Assembly: GCA_047967505.1 (NCBI GenBank)
Contig: CM106538.1
Direction: 5' to 3' (one strand)
Length of the DNA stretch: 64,000 bases
From: Dipteris shenzhenensis
Lineage: Eukaryota
Shown here in pieces: positions 36,515-49,419 of the stretch (the stretch's first letter is position 1; each line of letters opens with the position of its first letter). Both the position numbers and the translations under genes were made by a program. The notes under the pieces were generated by a model, which was not told the origin of the DNA, searched no databases, and saw only the letters and a program-made list of their open reading frames with translations.

Positions 36515-38939
36515 CAAATGTACATGATGAGTTGCATGTTGAGAAACATTTATTACTTAATGTTCTAAAATTCTTCTTTGAATATCATTCTAATAATGTT
36601 TTTTACACGTCTTTATAGAATCTTTAATTGAGGATGTAGTTATGCAAATGGAAAGCTGTCTAGTTTCAAGCTTGCAAGTGTGGGTGCATACATGGAAAAA
36701 GAAGTGAAAGTATGGTGATATGACTACACAAAGCTTGGAAAACAAGTTATTGAAGGGAATTACAAAGTGGGGTTTCAATTTATGGGCAGCTAGTTGGGGA
36801 ACTACAAAGTAAACAAGGCTACACAAATGGAAATCCTTGTGCATGGAGTGCCCATTTTTGTTTGCTTGACTTGCCCTCCTCTAGCTTAATTCCTAGCATT
36901 TTATCTGATGATGTTCCTAAATGGAATCAACTCTTAGAGGATCATGCCCATTACTCATTAAGTGTGGCAACAACCATCTTAGATGATGAAGGTTGGATTG
37001 TTATTATGTGTGTACCCATGGCTGTAGTTATGGTTGAAGATCCTCAAGAGTGTGCAAGTTGGATACAGCAACAAGAATTTTTGTCCACCATGATGGTTAT
37101 TGTAGTAGTGAGATAAGAATGCCATTTTGTGATCTGGTGTCATTTTGTAAATGTTTCCTTATGATGCCTTTGCATACTTTTGTCATTGACTCACCGTGTA
37201 ATATGTGTGTGTTAATTGAAATGACCTAGGTTCTTGATGGGTTATATATATATATATATATATATATCTTGCATCGAGTAAATTTGAGGCCACCAACTTA
37301 CATGGCACATGCTTGTGGCCAAGAAGTTGGGCATTCAAGAAGAGTCTAATGTTCTTACACATCATATGGCCGTTTCCTTCAGAACCAAAAAAAATGACAA
37401 GAAAACTTTCTAGAGAGGAGGTTTCGAATTGTTGGGTCATTGTGTTTGTCTTGGCTTTCTCATGATTCTAATTGTACTTAATAGAATAGATAATTGTAAA
37501 ACGGCTTGTTTTTTAACTTCTTGATGATATAAGGACTTTTGTTTTGAAGGTTCAATTGTGTTATATTTTGTTGTGCAAGTCATGAGAAGGCTACTTGCTT
37601 GGTCTTATTTTTATGGAGAGTTTATGTGTTATTGGAGGCAATGTGGACTTTATGTGCTTGATCTTATTTTTTATGGAGACTTACACTAAGGGCTGCATTA
37701 CATACCAAGAGGGCTTGTCTTGCAATTGATATTGATGAAGAGATTTTCACAACCCTTTTGCAAGAACACATTAATGATGATCTTTCAAAATTAAATTCTT
37801 CTCTAGCTTTGAATGTGCCATGGGATGATGACATGTGGAAGCCTTCCAAGTTCCCGAGGACTACTAAGTTTAAAGCTTGTGAATATATTGAAGCATGAAT
37901 TTAGAAAGAATTTTCATTTTTATATTTGACTTATAGACGCTTTCACCGCAAATGTAAACGCCCATGAGATGGCTTCCTCATCTCGACATGATACAATTCA
38001 TGGGAGAAGGTGGTGGAAGTTGCCTTACATAGATGATGAGGCACATGAGAGCTGGTTGTGTTTGGAATTTTTATAAAGTAAGAAAAAAAAACTTAAATGT
38101 ATTAATCTACAAGTCTATCATATCTCTATAGATTTTGGATATAATAAATTTCATGAGCATATTTTTACAAACATCAATCCTATTGTTTTCCTCTTTATAT
38201 GAAGGCTTGAAGATGAAAATTGAAGTAATGGTAGATCTACATATTTTCTTACATTTCAAGGAAGAGATCATGGATACTATTATTATTATTGGTTGGTTTG
38301 TTCGGTACCTTCTTGGGGTATACATAAAATCCACACCATTGCACTAGTATCTATCTTTCAACTATTCTAAACAAGATCTCATATGCTCTTTCTTTTGGCT
38401 GTTAACTGCTAGTCATAGTGGCTTGAAGCTAGAGAATTAAATTCTAATGATCAATAATGATTCTTGAAAAGCCTCAAGTCAAAATATATCATGGTTACAA
38501 AATGAATGATAATATTTTAATTCTTAGTACGATGACTTCTCGCCAAAAGTTTTCCCTCTTATTTTATAGTGGTTTCCCATGTTAATATGTAGCAGAGACT
38601 CATGCCCTTTTTTAATCTGTAAAAGTATGTTGTACCAAAAAACCAAGAGAGACATTGTTGATTTATCATGAAAGAAACAATACCTTGTTTGTCTGAGCTA
38701 TTTGAACTATGTCTTTATATTTTAGAGAAGAAGAAAGAATCAATACAAAATAATCCATCTTGAACTTCTATAGGTTTCTTGACACCATATAGAAAGACTC
38801 ATATACCAGATTAGGTTTTTAAATACACATCCTCTAGTGTATTCTATTCTTGGCACTACTATTCTTTTAAATTCTTCCTTACGTATAGTTTAAGGAGACC
38901 TTGAGGCCATGTCATTAATTGCCTAAGGAGACCCTGAGT

Positions 38940-39407
38940 CCTCACAAGCTTTGCAAGTGGAATGGGATGTAAATGATATATCAATGTTAGTCAAAATGGC
39001 ACACAAGCACAAGTCTACTTCAGAGGGAGGATAACAAGAGTTAAGATCCTCAAAATGACACATAAATTGAAGGGTACAAAGATTCGAATAATTGAGGAGC
39101 TCACCTTTATCTAGCTCAAACAAAGAAATAGCGAACGCACCAAAGTCAAGAAAGCATGCAAAGCAAGAAAATGGGTTGTTTATCAAAATGGGCAAGCATT
39201 GATTAAAGACTTTAAATCCAAACCCAAAGACTCTCAGTCTTAGGCCACCTTACAATAGCAGTATTGAAATGTAAATATGCCCTATAATAACTTGGGAGGA
39301 GCTAGCTTTGTGCACTCCCTCAACTCTTTGGTTATCCAGATGTAGTAAGTCAATTTTTCGTTTATACTTTGTCTCATAGACATGTGAGGTCTTCTGTAGA
39401 CATCAAT

Positions 39408-39448
<41 letters not shown>

Positions 39449-39552
39449 GTGTATGTACCTAGGTTGCACATTTCAAAGGACCCTGATTCAACATGAAACT
39501 AGTAGCTCAAGCTAGGCAGCTTGAGCTATCCAAAGGACATGTTGCGTTGGCA
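38940..39552 (+). mobile_element. RTE-type LINE fragment: ORF1 C-terminus, tail-like motif with (TC)n, start of ORF2-like sequence
   Basis: Direct homolog of 40190-40283 plus 41074-41570. Confidence 0.65.
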
Positions 39553-39602
39553 TCTCTCTCTCTCTCTCTCTCTCCCTCTCCCCCCCCCCTCTCTCTCTCT
39601 CT

Positions 39603-39633
<31 letters not shown>

Positions 39634-39659
39634 CCCCCCCCTCTCTCGACCTCTATCTC

Positions 39660-41412
39660 AACCTCAACTAGCAAGATCTCTTACTTGACTGTTGTAGCTT
39701 TTCCCCTGACTCCTAGCACAAAGACATACCACCCAATGAAGACCATCTCAAATCTATAGAAGCACATCTATTACCTAGAGCCTGAAGTTCAAGAGCTCAA
39801 CAAGCTTCGGCTTGCAACTCTGGAAGGAGGGTAATGGAAAGCAAGAAGTCATCCATGAGGCAATACAAAAATGTAATGCATCTCCACCGACAATGCAATT
39901 GGTTTCTAAAGTGCAAGACACGATCACCAATCAAGTGAAATCAATGAAGCAAGAGATGATTGTTGCTGATGTGAAGAGCAAAGTGAACAAAGTTGATCTT
40001 TACAAGGAAGTGAAAGAACAAGAATCTAGGGTGAAATAATAGAATGATCTTACATGTTAGGGGTTTGAAGGATGGATGCCTTCATGATGATGAAGAGAAA
40101 GACCTAGATGATATAATCATATGCCTTAAGAAGGAAATATGCAAGCTGAATGGGACGAGAACAATATAAGCAATATCTATCAAACTGGCACTCAAGCACA
40201 AGTCTATTTTAGAGGGAGGGCATCAAGCGTTAAGATCCTTAGACAAACACATAAGTTGAAGGAGGGCACAAGGATTTGGATACTGTTACAAAAATTGTAA
40301 TCAAACATGCTCACAAATTCAAGATTTACTGAAACCATAGGAACCAAGAACAAGGAAACAAGTGGGGAAGAGAAGAGAAAGAGAGAGCGACACTGCATGG
40401 GGTCCAATCTGCCCCCCCTAGATGGTGGCTCTTGCTTCCCATCTAGAGTATTTATAATTGTAATTCCAAAAAGCAAAGAACTAATAATAGTACATCCAAA
40501 AGCATCCCTTGTCCACAATTAGAGGGATTGCTCAACATAACTCCATGAGCTTAAAATATCACAAGGCTTAATATGCCCTCATCGATAATTTATAAAATAA
40601 ATTAGCGCACGGCTTAAAATTCATTACTTTATAATACGGGCCATGGACTTTGACAACCATTAGATATTTCGATCAATCCAAATCACCTTCACCTTCTCTG
40701 TTCCTCGTTATCCAACTCATCATTTGTACTCAAGCTGCCAATTGTGTTAGTTGTTACAATCAATTGATGAATCATCACACCAACTAATCCCAACACAATT
40801 GCATGCTTGATATACAAACATCAAAATACACACCTTGCGATCAATTATGCAATAACACCAGTAACACTAGCGACATTAGTATTAACATGGAATCACCCAC
40901 ATCTAGCCTGGCAAATCATAGGTAGTTAGGCATCCCAACTAAACCCCACAAAGCATCCACTAGGACCCCCGCTGCGTCTGGTGCACTCCTATGGAATACT
41001 TTGCCATAGTCACACTTGACTAAAATAAAATAATTTCCATAGCAAGAAATATCAAAAATACAATTCTGTAACAATATATGAGAAGCTCACACTGACCCAG
41101 CTCAAACAAAGAATTAGTGAGCTCGCCAAAGTAAACAAAGCACGCAATGCACAAAAATGGGCAATTTGTCGAGATGGTCAAGCACTGATTAGGGATTTCA
41201 AATCTAAACCCAAAGACTGTCAAACTTAAACTAATGTTCAAAAGGCCACCTTTTATAATAGTACTAGAATGTAGTTATGCCCTTTAATAATTCAGGAGGA
41301 GTAGAGATTTGTGCACTCCCCTGATCTTCTCTGGTTTTCTAGATGTAGTCAATCAATTTTTGAAGGTTGTCCTTTGTCTCATAGACCCATCAGGTCTTAT
41401 GCAAATGTTGAT

Positions 41413-41473
<61 letters not shown>

Positions 41474-42250
41474 TCTCTCTCTCTCGCATGCATATGTGTA
41501 CATAGGACCCCGATTCAACATGAAACTAGGAGCTCAAGCTAGGCTATGCAAAGGACATGTGGCACTAGCAAGATTGGAGGGAGTTTTCAGGCGGCACACT
41601 TGAGCATGTACACAAGAAATCCCTCCTTTGGACTCGCTAGTTAGACCAACAGCTTTATGACGCTCTCCCACATGATCCATGAGAAAAGGTGCACACCACA
41701 TGACATCATACTAGTTGAATTTGCATCCCATGCAATAAAGACCTCTGGTTCCAAATTATCACATATCCAAACAGGGTCAAGGCATGCTTGGCTTCGAGAA
41801 ACTACAGGTCATGATGCTCTCTCGCATGATCCGTGAGAAGAAGTGCACACCACGACATCATATTGGCTGAGTTCACAACCCATCCCATGCATACAAACCT
41901 CGCATTCTAGATCATAGACAAGCTCCAAACACATGATAGGACTGAGGCCAATAGACGGCGAATACCAGGGAGAGCCATCTCATCCTCTATGCAACTAGCA
42001 TCCAGTGGAGATACTAGTTGGTGGTATTCACAAGCCACCACACACAAGGCATGCCCATTGATCATCACCCTACATATCAGTAACCCTTGGATGCACCTGC
42101 TCTATGGTTGACATGACACGAGATCCATTGGGTTATCGTCCTATGGAGGGTTTACATTCAACAAACATGCGTCTCTCGACGCAGCCTCACACCAGTAAGA
42201 CGGCCTTCTACAAAGATCATTTTCTCCATCTCTAATTTTGGCTGCCTCAT
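39660..42250 (+). mobile_element. Degraded RTE-type LINE 5' part (ORF1, spacer with (TC)n, endonuclease remnant), interrupted by a solo LTR
   Basis: Coiled-coil-like ORF 39812-40039 followed by LHVRGL; IWIYEKLT restored across the solo LTR; DIILVE near 41700 resembles an endonuclease motif. Confidence 0.6.
40284..41073 (-). mobile_element. Solo LTR, 790 bp
   Basis: Termini TGTTACA and TGTAACA (7-bp inverted repeat); 4-bp TSD ATAC/ATAT; removal restores colinearity with the uninterrupted copy at 39080-39105; TATAAATA on the minus strand near 40450. Confidence 0.82.
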
Positions 42251-42317
42251 TTTGAGGTCGCTACTCTTGTAATATAATCAATCAAAATTTTTCACTAAAA
42301 AAAAGTGTGTGCGTGCG

Positions 42318-42318
42318 C

Positions 42319-42353
<35 letters not shown>

Positions 42354-43935
42354 ATTAATGTTCGCGGAAGACCTTGCATGCCTATGGGACAAAGTGCAAA
42401 ATACACCAAAAGGAAAAATAACTCATACAAGCCACAAAGGGTTGGAGCAAAGGGCGTGCTAAGACCCTTGTTGAAGTACAAAACATATCAAGTCGGCTAA
42501 GACCTGGAGCTGGAACTCAGAATCTGAAACGCGCCACTCTGGTGACTCGTCTATAAGGGGTGAAAACATCTCGGATTTGTGTCTGTCAAGTTGTCTCATG
42601 ATGTGATGGTGGAGGGAGACGTGGTCTCCTCGATCTCTGAACCTGTTGAGCTATGTTTAGAGTGACCCCTACTATTGGGCGGTCTCCTCTGAGGAAAGTT
42701 GTGCTAGGTTGGACCTCAATAGAGGATACTCTGGTCGCTCTGTGTCGCAAGTGGCCTCTGCAACCCCCTCAGTATTCCAAACTGCCCACATATCGGCTAG
42801 CTCCTCCTCCTCGTCCATCCCATTGTGTCTTGGACTTGACTAAAAAACATAGAAATTTGTGACTCACCGTTGTGTCTGGTCAACCTCTATAGCTTGTGGT
42901 TTGATCGCCTCCTGTCCCCTCTCTGATCTCGTAGCAGTCCCATCTTGATAGAGACAATGGTATCGCCCCCAGATCTCGTAGCAGGTTGCGCACGCGCAGA
43001 GAAAGTGCTCCTCTGTCTCAATCACTCCCAGTGTGCATAGCATGTCGATCCGCTCCTCTCTAGGTATACGTGCTGCTCTCATTGTCTCAATCCTTAGCTA
43101 ATGGAAAGAAACTTGCATCTGCTCAATAGCGATTCTCAGTGCATGTGAGACTCCTCTGTCCTCGAGATACTGGGTCTGATGACAAATCCCTCCTCTGAGA
43201 CGCTCAGGAAGTGGTTGTGGTAGAACCGAGTCTTGGTGGGGAGTTCCTGATCTCCCCCCCAAGTTCGAGACGTGTGGAGCTAGAGGAGATCTAACTGTAT
43301 GGTACGGTTCATCTCATCTCGCAGGATCGACTCAGGGGTGCATCCATGCTATACTGAAAGGAAGGGAGCCTGTCCATTTGAATCCTGTGTCTAGCAAACC
43401 ATGTGGATATATGTGCATACGATGTGTCCGCAATGCTCTCGCTAGTCTTCTAGATGTGACTCCATGGCCAGCCTCGGTACCATAGTCACATGTAGCCGCT
43501 CAAATCTCCTCTCTGCTATCGATAGGTCACAACCCTAGAAGCATGCTGCATACATGGTAGTCGATAGCACTAGCGTATCGAAGAGCCAGTGGATCCTGAA
43601 AGTGTGCCTGGAAGCAGTGACTCTCCAATCGTGCCAGAGCACCTCGTCCCTGTGTGGGTCGTGAATGGGTTGCATGTGTCATAGTGAAAAGGTCCTATGA
43701 AGATTGCTCCCAAATATGTGTAGGACTGCACTATCTCCACTAGCTCGTCTCGATAGGTAAAGCTGAGTCCACGAAGCACTGCATGTGAGGTGTTGAAGAC
43801 CATAACCTCGGTGTTCCCAAGGTTGGCTATCAAGTCTCTCTCTCTGTAGTAAACCTCCAAGGCCTTCAAATGTCTTTGCAACCCCTCCGCTGAGGATGAG
43901 ATAAGGACTATGTCATCAACATATAGCAATATCTA
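42318..43935 (-). mobile_element. 5'-truncated RTE-type LINE (RT C-half, Cys/His finger, 3' UTR, (TC)n tail)
   Basis: LYVDDIVLISSSAEGLQRHL, YTYLG, ETEEHFLCAC..YEIWGRYHCL; homologous to 49720-50950 and 48045-48785. Confidence 0.9.
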
Positions 43936-44099
43936 TATCATGAGAGAGAGAGAGAGAGAAGTTTATTGACTATTGCAAATGACAAAGTGGGCTATGAGAC
44001 TAGATTTTAAATATTTAGTGGAATACATCTCGGGTAGGGGAGTTGTCTCCTAAAGTGCAAATGATATAAATGAAACAATCAAAGTATTAGAGAATACAC

Positions 44100-44850
44100 T
44101 CGTATCTTGCCCGGCTTACTATAGGATTTGGTAGGCTTTGAGATCTCCGAAATATGTTTGAAATTTACAAGTATCGCGCCTTGATTTGCCAGTGGTCTCA
44201 CACATGGGAATGGCGTGCTTGGTGAGGTCTTAATTGAAGTCGTTTTGCCTTTGCAACATGTATTCGATTTGTATTTGATGTCCTCTTCCTTACCCTATAG
44301 GTTTGACTCACAGACGTTGTGAGTTGTCCCATCTCTGTGTGAGGCTAAAGTAGGATGTCCTAAATAAGATGTCCACTCATTGTACCAATAGATATCATCA
44401 TGCATGCCTGGCGTGTAGGAGCTCGATATCCCATGTTCTATGATGGGTGCTAAGCGGGGTCATCTCTAGTGAAGTAAAAATGGGATTTGTTGCTTCTGCC
44501 TCTGTGCATTGGATGCATGAGTGTCTCGGAGTCATGTGACCTCTCATCGCAAGTAGAGCAACACATCTGTGATTTGAATAGTCAATGACCAGTCACATGT
44601 CATAAAACCCATGCTCATAGAGGCAGTGGAATCTTCTAGTAGTGAGGGCATCTCATGAGCATATGCTCCGCGATCTCAAGGTCTTACAAGTCACATAGGG
44701 TGCATAGTCTCAACTCATGGTGGCGTTATGTGGTTCGATCTCTCATCTAGTCTTAACGTGGACCTTTTGAGATGATTGGCCCATGTCTATCTGCAAGTAG
44801 ACCCGTGTGTTGAAAATCTTAGTGTATGCTAAATATACATCATGATCTAT
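44100..44850 (-). pseudogene. Heavily eroded LINE ORF2 C-terminal remnant
   Basis: Weak by-eye similarity to the SHRLRIE / EH..F.CP / I.GRY region of the other RTE-type copies. Confidence 0.3.
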
Positions 44851-47279
44851 GCAGCACATCTGCAAGCAATCAAAGAAGGATTGTTACAGAGAACACTTTA
44901 AAAAGCCAAACAAGGAAAATATAGGATCACTAAAGACTTTACAGTTCCTGTCTGTCCATAAAGTTCAGAGTGCCCAATAGCGAACCCAAACAAAGAAAAG
45001 ATGAAACTCCAATCTGGGTGGATGAAAACCAAAGAGCCAGAAAGACTTCCCAAAAGGAACACTCGAAAATCTCGCTCGTAGGCGCTACCGAAGAAGATCA
45101 ATGAACTCACAAGAACATAAACAAAACCAAAATAAATGAGAGACAGTCTTCTGAGAACTCAAACATATGTGGCAACGAGTAGGAGCAATGTGTCTACGAG
45201 CCCACACACACACACACACACGGACACGTGTGCCCATAATATACGACCTCTATCAAGTGAAGAAGCGTCTTAAGGTCATAGAGAGTGTAACAATAATGAG
45301 GTGTGTTTTACACAAGCCGTCTACATTGTTTTAAATAAGTTTGAAACCTATGCAAAATACATCATTCCAAAGTTAGGTTTATTACAAGATGCCAACAAAG
45401 GGGCTGTGCATGGGATAAACTATTTGTTGGAAAGACTATGAGAGATTCAACCATGGTGAAGATGTCTGAGAACAAACAATGGATTAGTAGACAAGCCTTC
45501 TAGTTACCACAATTCAAATAAGACCGGTGAAACAACTGAAAATAATTAGGATGATACGCAACAAAAGATGAGCAAAGACAATTCTATTAAGCTATGATTA
45601 CAAGCAAGAGATCAAAATATTGTGCATCGAAAAAATCATGTGTAAAAGACCTATGTCGCAAATCCCACATATTAAATACCAAGAAGTGGTGCATGCATTA
45701 GACCATATAAAAATGCACACATTTGTTTTAACACCATATTCAAGCAAAGAAAATCTAAATCTCAAAAATCATACTCTACAAATCACGCATGCAAAATTTG
45801 AATCAGTTTCATGGTATCCATACAATGCAAACGTCAACTACAAAGCCATATTGACAATGTGTACACACTAAAAACTCAGACCACATTTTTCTAGTAGTAC
45901 TATGCTTTGAGGCAAGAAAAGATCACCATTGTAAATAGAATTAAGTCAAAATATCCATAACAATTCAAAATTGGACAAAAAAGTTAGTTTGTAACAGCAA
46001 AGTAGGTAGACATAACAAATAACATTTATCCTGACCAGATATTAGCGCAACCTGATGAGAAATTTCAACTACTATGGATCTAATGATACTTTAGAAGTAG
46101 CTTGGAGATAGTAATGTATGATAATATATCAAGTTCATTAATCTAGACACACCTCCAATCTTGGTTACCCAAAAGCAAAGCCAAAACAATAGACAAGACA
46201 CCACACACATTAATTACCCAAATACACAAAACCAAAACAGTACATATGACAACATGCACATAAAGGACACTACATACACCAAAACCACTTTCACATAACA
46301 GAATCAGAAGCAAAATTAAAAGGTTGAAATAAGCGACAACAGTAGTAAAGTTACGACAACGTCAAACACAATCTTTAGTAAAACCAAGGGCATACGCATG
46401 ATGTATAAAATGTAAAACCCTAAGAAGAAACCTCATAAACAAAAGATTCTAACAAATACCAGGATTAAACCCCAATTACAATTATTCTTGGCGATTCTGA
46501 AAAAATACCATGGTTATACGCCAATTACAACAATGCTTGGCGATCATATAAAGGCAAGCATTTGCAATACCAGATATGAAATACAATAAATCCAATCACA
46601 AAAAACACTCAAAGAATCCTCCCTCCCCCCCTCCTTTTCTCTCTCCCCATCCCCCTTGCAATTCCTCTCCCCTCCAGCCTGCCATGACGCTATTGCATAC
46701 CAGAAATGTCAGAAAAGGAAATGAAATTCGTATCAGAAAATCTGATTCGCCAATTGACACAACAAAATTAATACAATTTGTCAACACGAAATATGCATAA
46801 TATATTCACAAAGAGTTTGTCAACATGAAATATGCATAATATAGTCACAAAGCGAGGCACCTCGACAATCAACTCTCATGAAATAAAAAAAAGCGGTCAC
46901 ATCTTATACAACAGCTCTATAGACCAGGCGATCCACATAGAGTTTGCTTTAGAAACAATATATCTAGGCTACCATAATAGATGGGTTCCCATGTCCAGTG
47001 CTTAAGTTTTGATAATAAACTGTTTAGAAGAGCATCTATTCCAATGCAATATCTGGTCCATCTTCCATAGTACAAGTATCCAATGGACAAGTGTGTTGAA
47101 GCTTCAAGAACCATTCATCATTGCAGAGATCAATTAGAAAAGGGCCCAGAAAGAGATTACAATAAATGCAATAATCCAAACCTAAAAGTCGCTGTTAGTT
47201 GTTTTCTTCCCCCTTGTTGAGGGGCGGGGCCATGTGCTAATTGCAGCTTTGTGCTACCAACCCAAAGTACATGGAATAT

Positions 47280-47324
47280 TTAATCCTTGGCTGCATCTGT
47301 TCCATCTTCTTCTGTTTGTTCCTC
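47280..47324 (-). CDS. PTAC10: PTAC10/PAP3 putative short terminal exon (EEQTEEDGTDAAKD stop)
   Basis: Phase-0 donor AGG/gtatga at 47467 and cag acceptor at 47325 give an in-frame acidic tail; unspliced, the CDS instead stops at 47462. Confidence 0.5.
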   Translation of the reverse strand, partial: EEQTEEDGTDAAKD

Positions 47325-47467
47325 CTGTGACTTCAACCAGATTATTTAATCAAAGTCTATCATCAAAGTCTTCAAAAGAATGTATACTAATTTGAAAATT
47401 GAAACAGCATGACCTTTGCAAATACTATTGTTTTGCGACAAGCATTGATCAAGGCTAGAAGTCATAC

Positions 47468-47861
47468 CCTTAGCTTGAACATGCCCTTATTGTTGTCAAG
47501 GACTCTGGAGGACTCTGTTCCATTGACCACCTTTCCAGTGCTGCTTCTCGCTTCCCTGCTCTCTGCAGACTTCTCTAAAAAAGTTTCTTCGGTGCTAGCT
47601 TTCTTTGAACCACTGCCTTGGAGGTCTCTCCCTGCCTTTATAGGACTGCTTCCCTTTCGACCCTGCTGCTCCTCTCCTTCAGCAACCAATTCTGAAGAGC
47701 GTGAACGACGTCGTCTCTCTCTCTTATCTCTTGATCTTGGTGAATCACCAATATAATCATGTCGCCATCGTTTCTCACGAGGATTGTATCGATTTTCTCC
47801 AAAAACACTATCATCTGCATACCTGCCAGGCTCCTCAAAAGGGAGGCCCAACTCTAAACGG
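47468..47861 (-). CDS. PTAC10: PTAC10/PAP3 (plastid transcriptionally active 10), C-terminal exon
   Basis: RLELGLPFEEPGRYADDSVFGENRYNP...HDYIGD and VNGTESSR...GMF match the angiosperm pTAC10 motifs I recall (ALGLPLEEPGRY...YDP...YDYWGE; VNGTESSR..DEGMFE); tgtag acceptor, phase compatible with the exon at 59643-59794. Confidence 0.85.
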
Positions 47862-48044
47862 CTACAACCCACCCCAAAAAAGAGAGGTGTATAGGCATAT
47901 GTGGAAATATAATACTCTCTCTCTCTCTCTCTCTCATGAATATAAGCTTTTTTTCTTCTAGTAACGATAAAACCAACAATAACATGGGTTCCTCCAGGAG
48001 ATTGTCAATGACAAGGATGAAAAGTTTATGGGTTGCTTTGACAG

Positions 48045-48747
48045 GACTCAGACTCTACTATGATAGATCAGAGAGCAGCAGGAGGCGATCAGGCCACAAG
48101 ACAGACAGGCTGACAGAGCTCAGTGTCACGTCACAAACTTCTATGCATTTGAATCAGCTCCAGGACACATCGGGATGGAGGTGGAGGAGATAGTTGACAT
48201 GCGGGCAGCCTGGATTACTGAGAGAGATGCAGAGACCACCTGCAGCACGGAGAGCACACTCTATTGAGGTCCGTCCTATCACAGCTTTCCTCAAAGGAGA
48301 CCGCTCGAGGCGAGGGGTTACTTTGAACAAGCCCAACGGGTTCAGAGATCAAGAAGAGCACGTCCCCCTCCACCACCACAGCATGACACAGCCCGACAGA
48401 CGCAGATCCGAGACATTTTCACCGCTCACAGGCGAGCCACCATGGTGCTGGGCTTTGGCTTCTGAACCTGAGTCTCGGATCTCAGCATGCTACAGCTCAC
48501 AGATACTTGCTAGTCTCCGGGTTAGATCTGATTTTGGAGCTATTGAGCTCTGTAGAATTATCAGGTTCTCAGGTTATCAATCTATCAGCTTATCATTTTA
48601 TCAGTTTAACAGTTTAGTAGTCTTACACCAAGCAAGGGCCTTAGTGCGCCCTTTGCTCCAGCCCACTAAGACTTGTATGAGATCATCCTTTTGGTGTACT
48701 TTGTACCTTGTCCCATAGGCTTGTGAGGTCTTCCGCAGACGTTAATA

Positions 48748-48785
<38 letters not shown>
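48045..48785 (+). mobile_element. RTE-type LINE 3' end with (TC)n tail, intronic
   Basis: Reverse-complement homolog of 42318-42945. Confidence 0.85.
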
Positions 48786-48792
<7 letters not shown>

Positions 48793-48829
48793 GCGTGCGT
48801 ATGTGTGTGTGTGTGTGTGTAGACACTCA

Positions 48830-48985
48830 GAATGCAGGTCAACATGGTTAAAACAAACGTCATGGTCATTGGAACTCGCAATAAACAAGTTGATGTCACT
48901 TTCGAAGATGAGCCTTTGGACACAATCAACTCATATAAATATTTAGGGCTGGAATTTACTGACAACTACAAGTGGAATGCATATT
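48830..48985 (+). pseudogene. LINE RT fragment
   Basis: MQVNMVKTNVMV...SYKYLGLEF. Confidence 0.75.
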
Positions 48986-49419
48986 TAAACTTACTAGAGA
49001 TGTGGGTGATCTTGAGACCACTAAAGATTATGCCTTACATTTGGTTCTAGTGATGTGCCATGGACAAGTAAGAAGCAGCCCACGAATTTGTTATCTTCTA
49101 ATGATGCAAAAAACAAGGCCTAATATTTGGAGTTAGTAAAGCAATATATATGTTAACAAATATGCAGCATGAGCATGCATAATACAAAAGTAGAAGAAGT
49201 ACATGAGTTACAGGAGGAGGAAATCAATCTTCAGTAGGAGAGGCTATAAGTCACACTTGGCATAGGGAAAACTTCTAATTTCTTCCTCCATTAATCCAAT
49301 GTACCTGCTGACAATGGTCTCTATAACAACTTCCTGTTTTTGGAGATCACAAATTTCAAAGCTTTTTTACTTCCCTTATGGAACCATTATTCCCCCCTTG
49401 ATCTTCATAACGTGATGGC

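Noticed and set aside
47462-47872. Stand-alone 136-aa RS-like protein
   Set aside because: It starts at a non-ATG codon inside intron sequence; it is the PTAC10 C-terminal exon.
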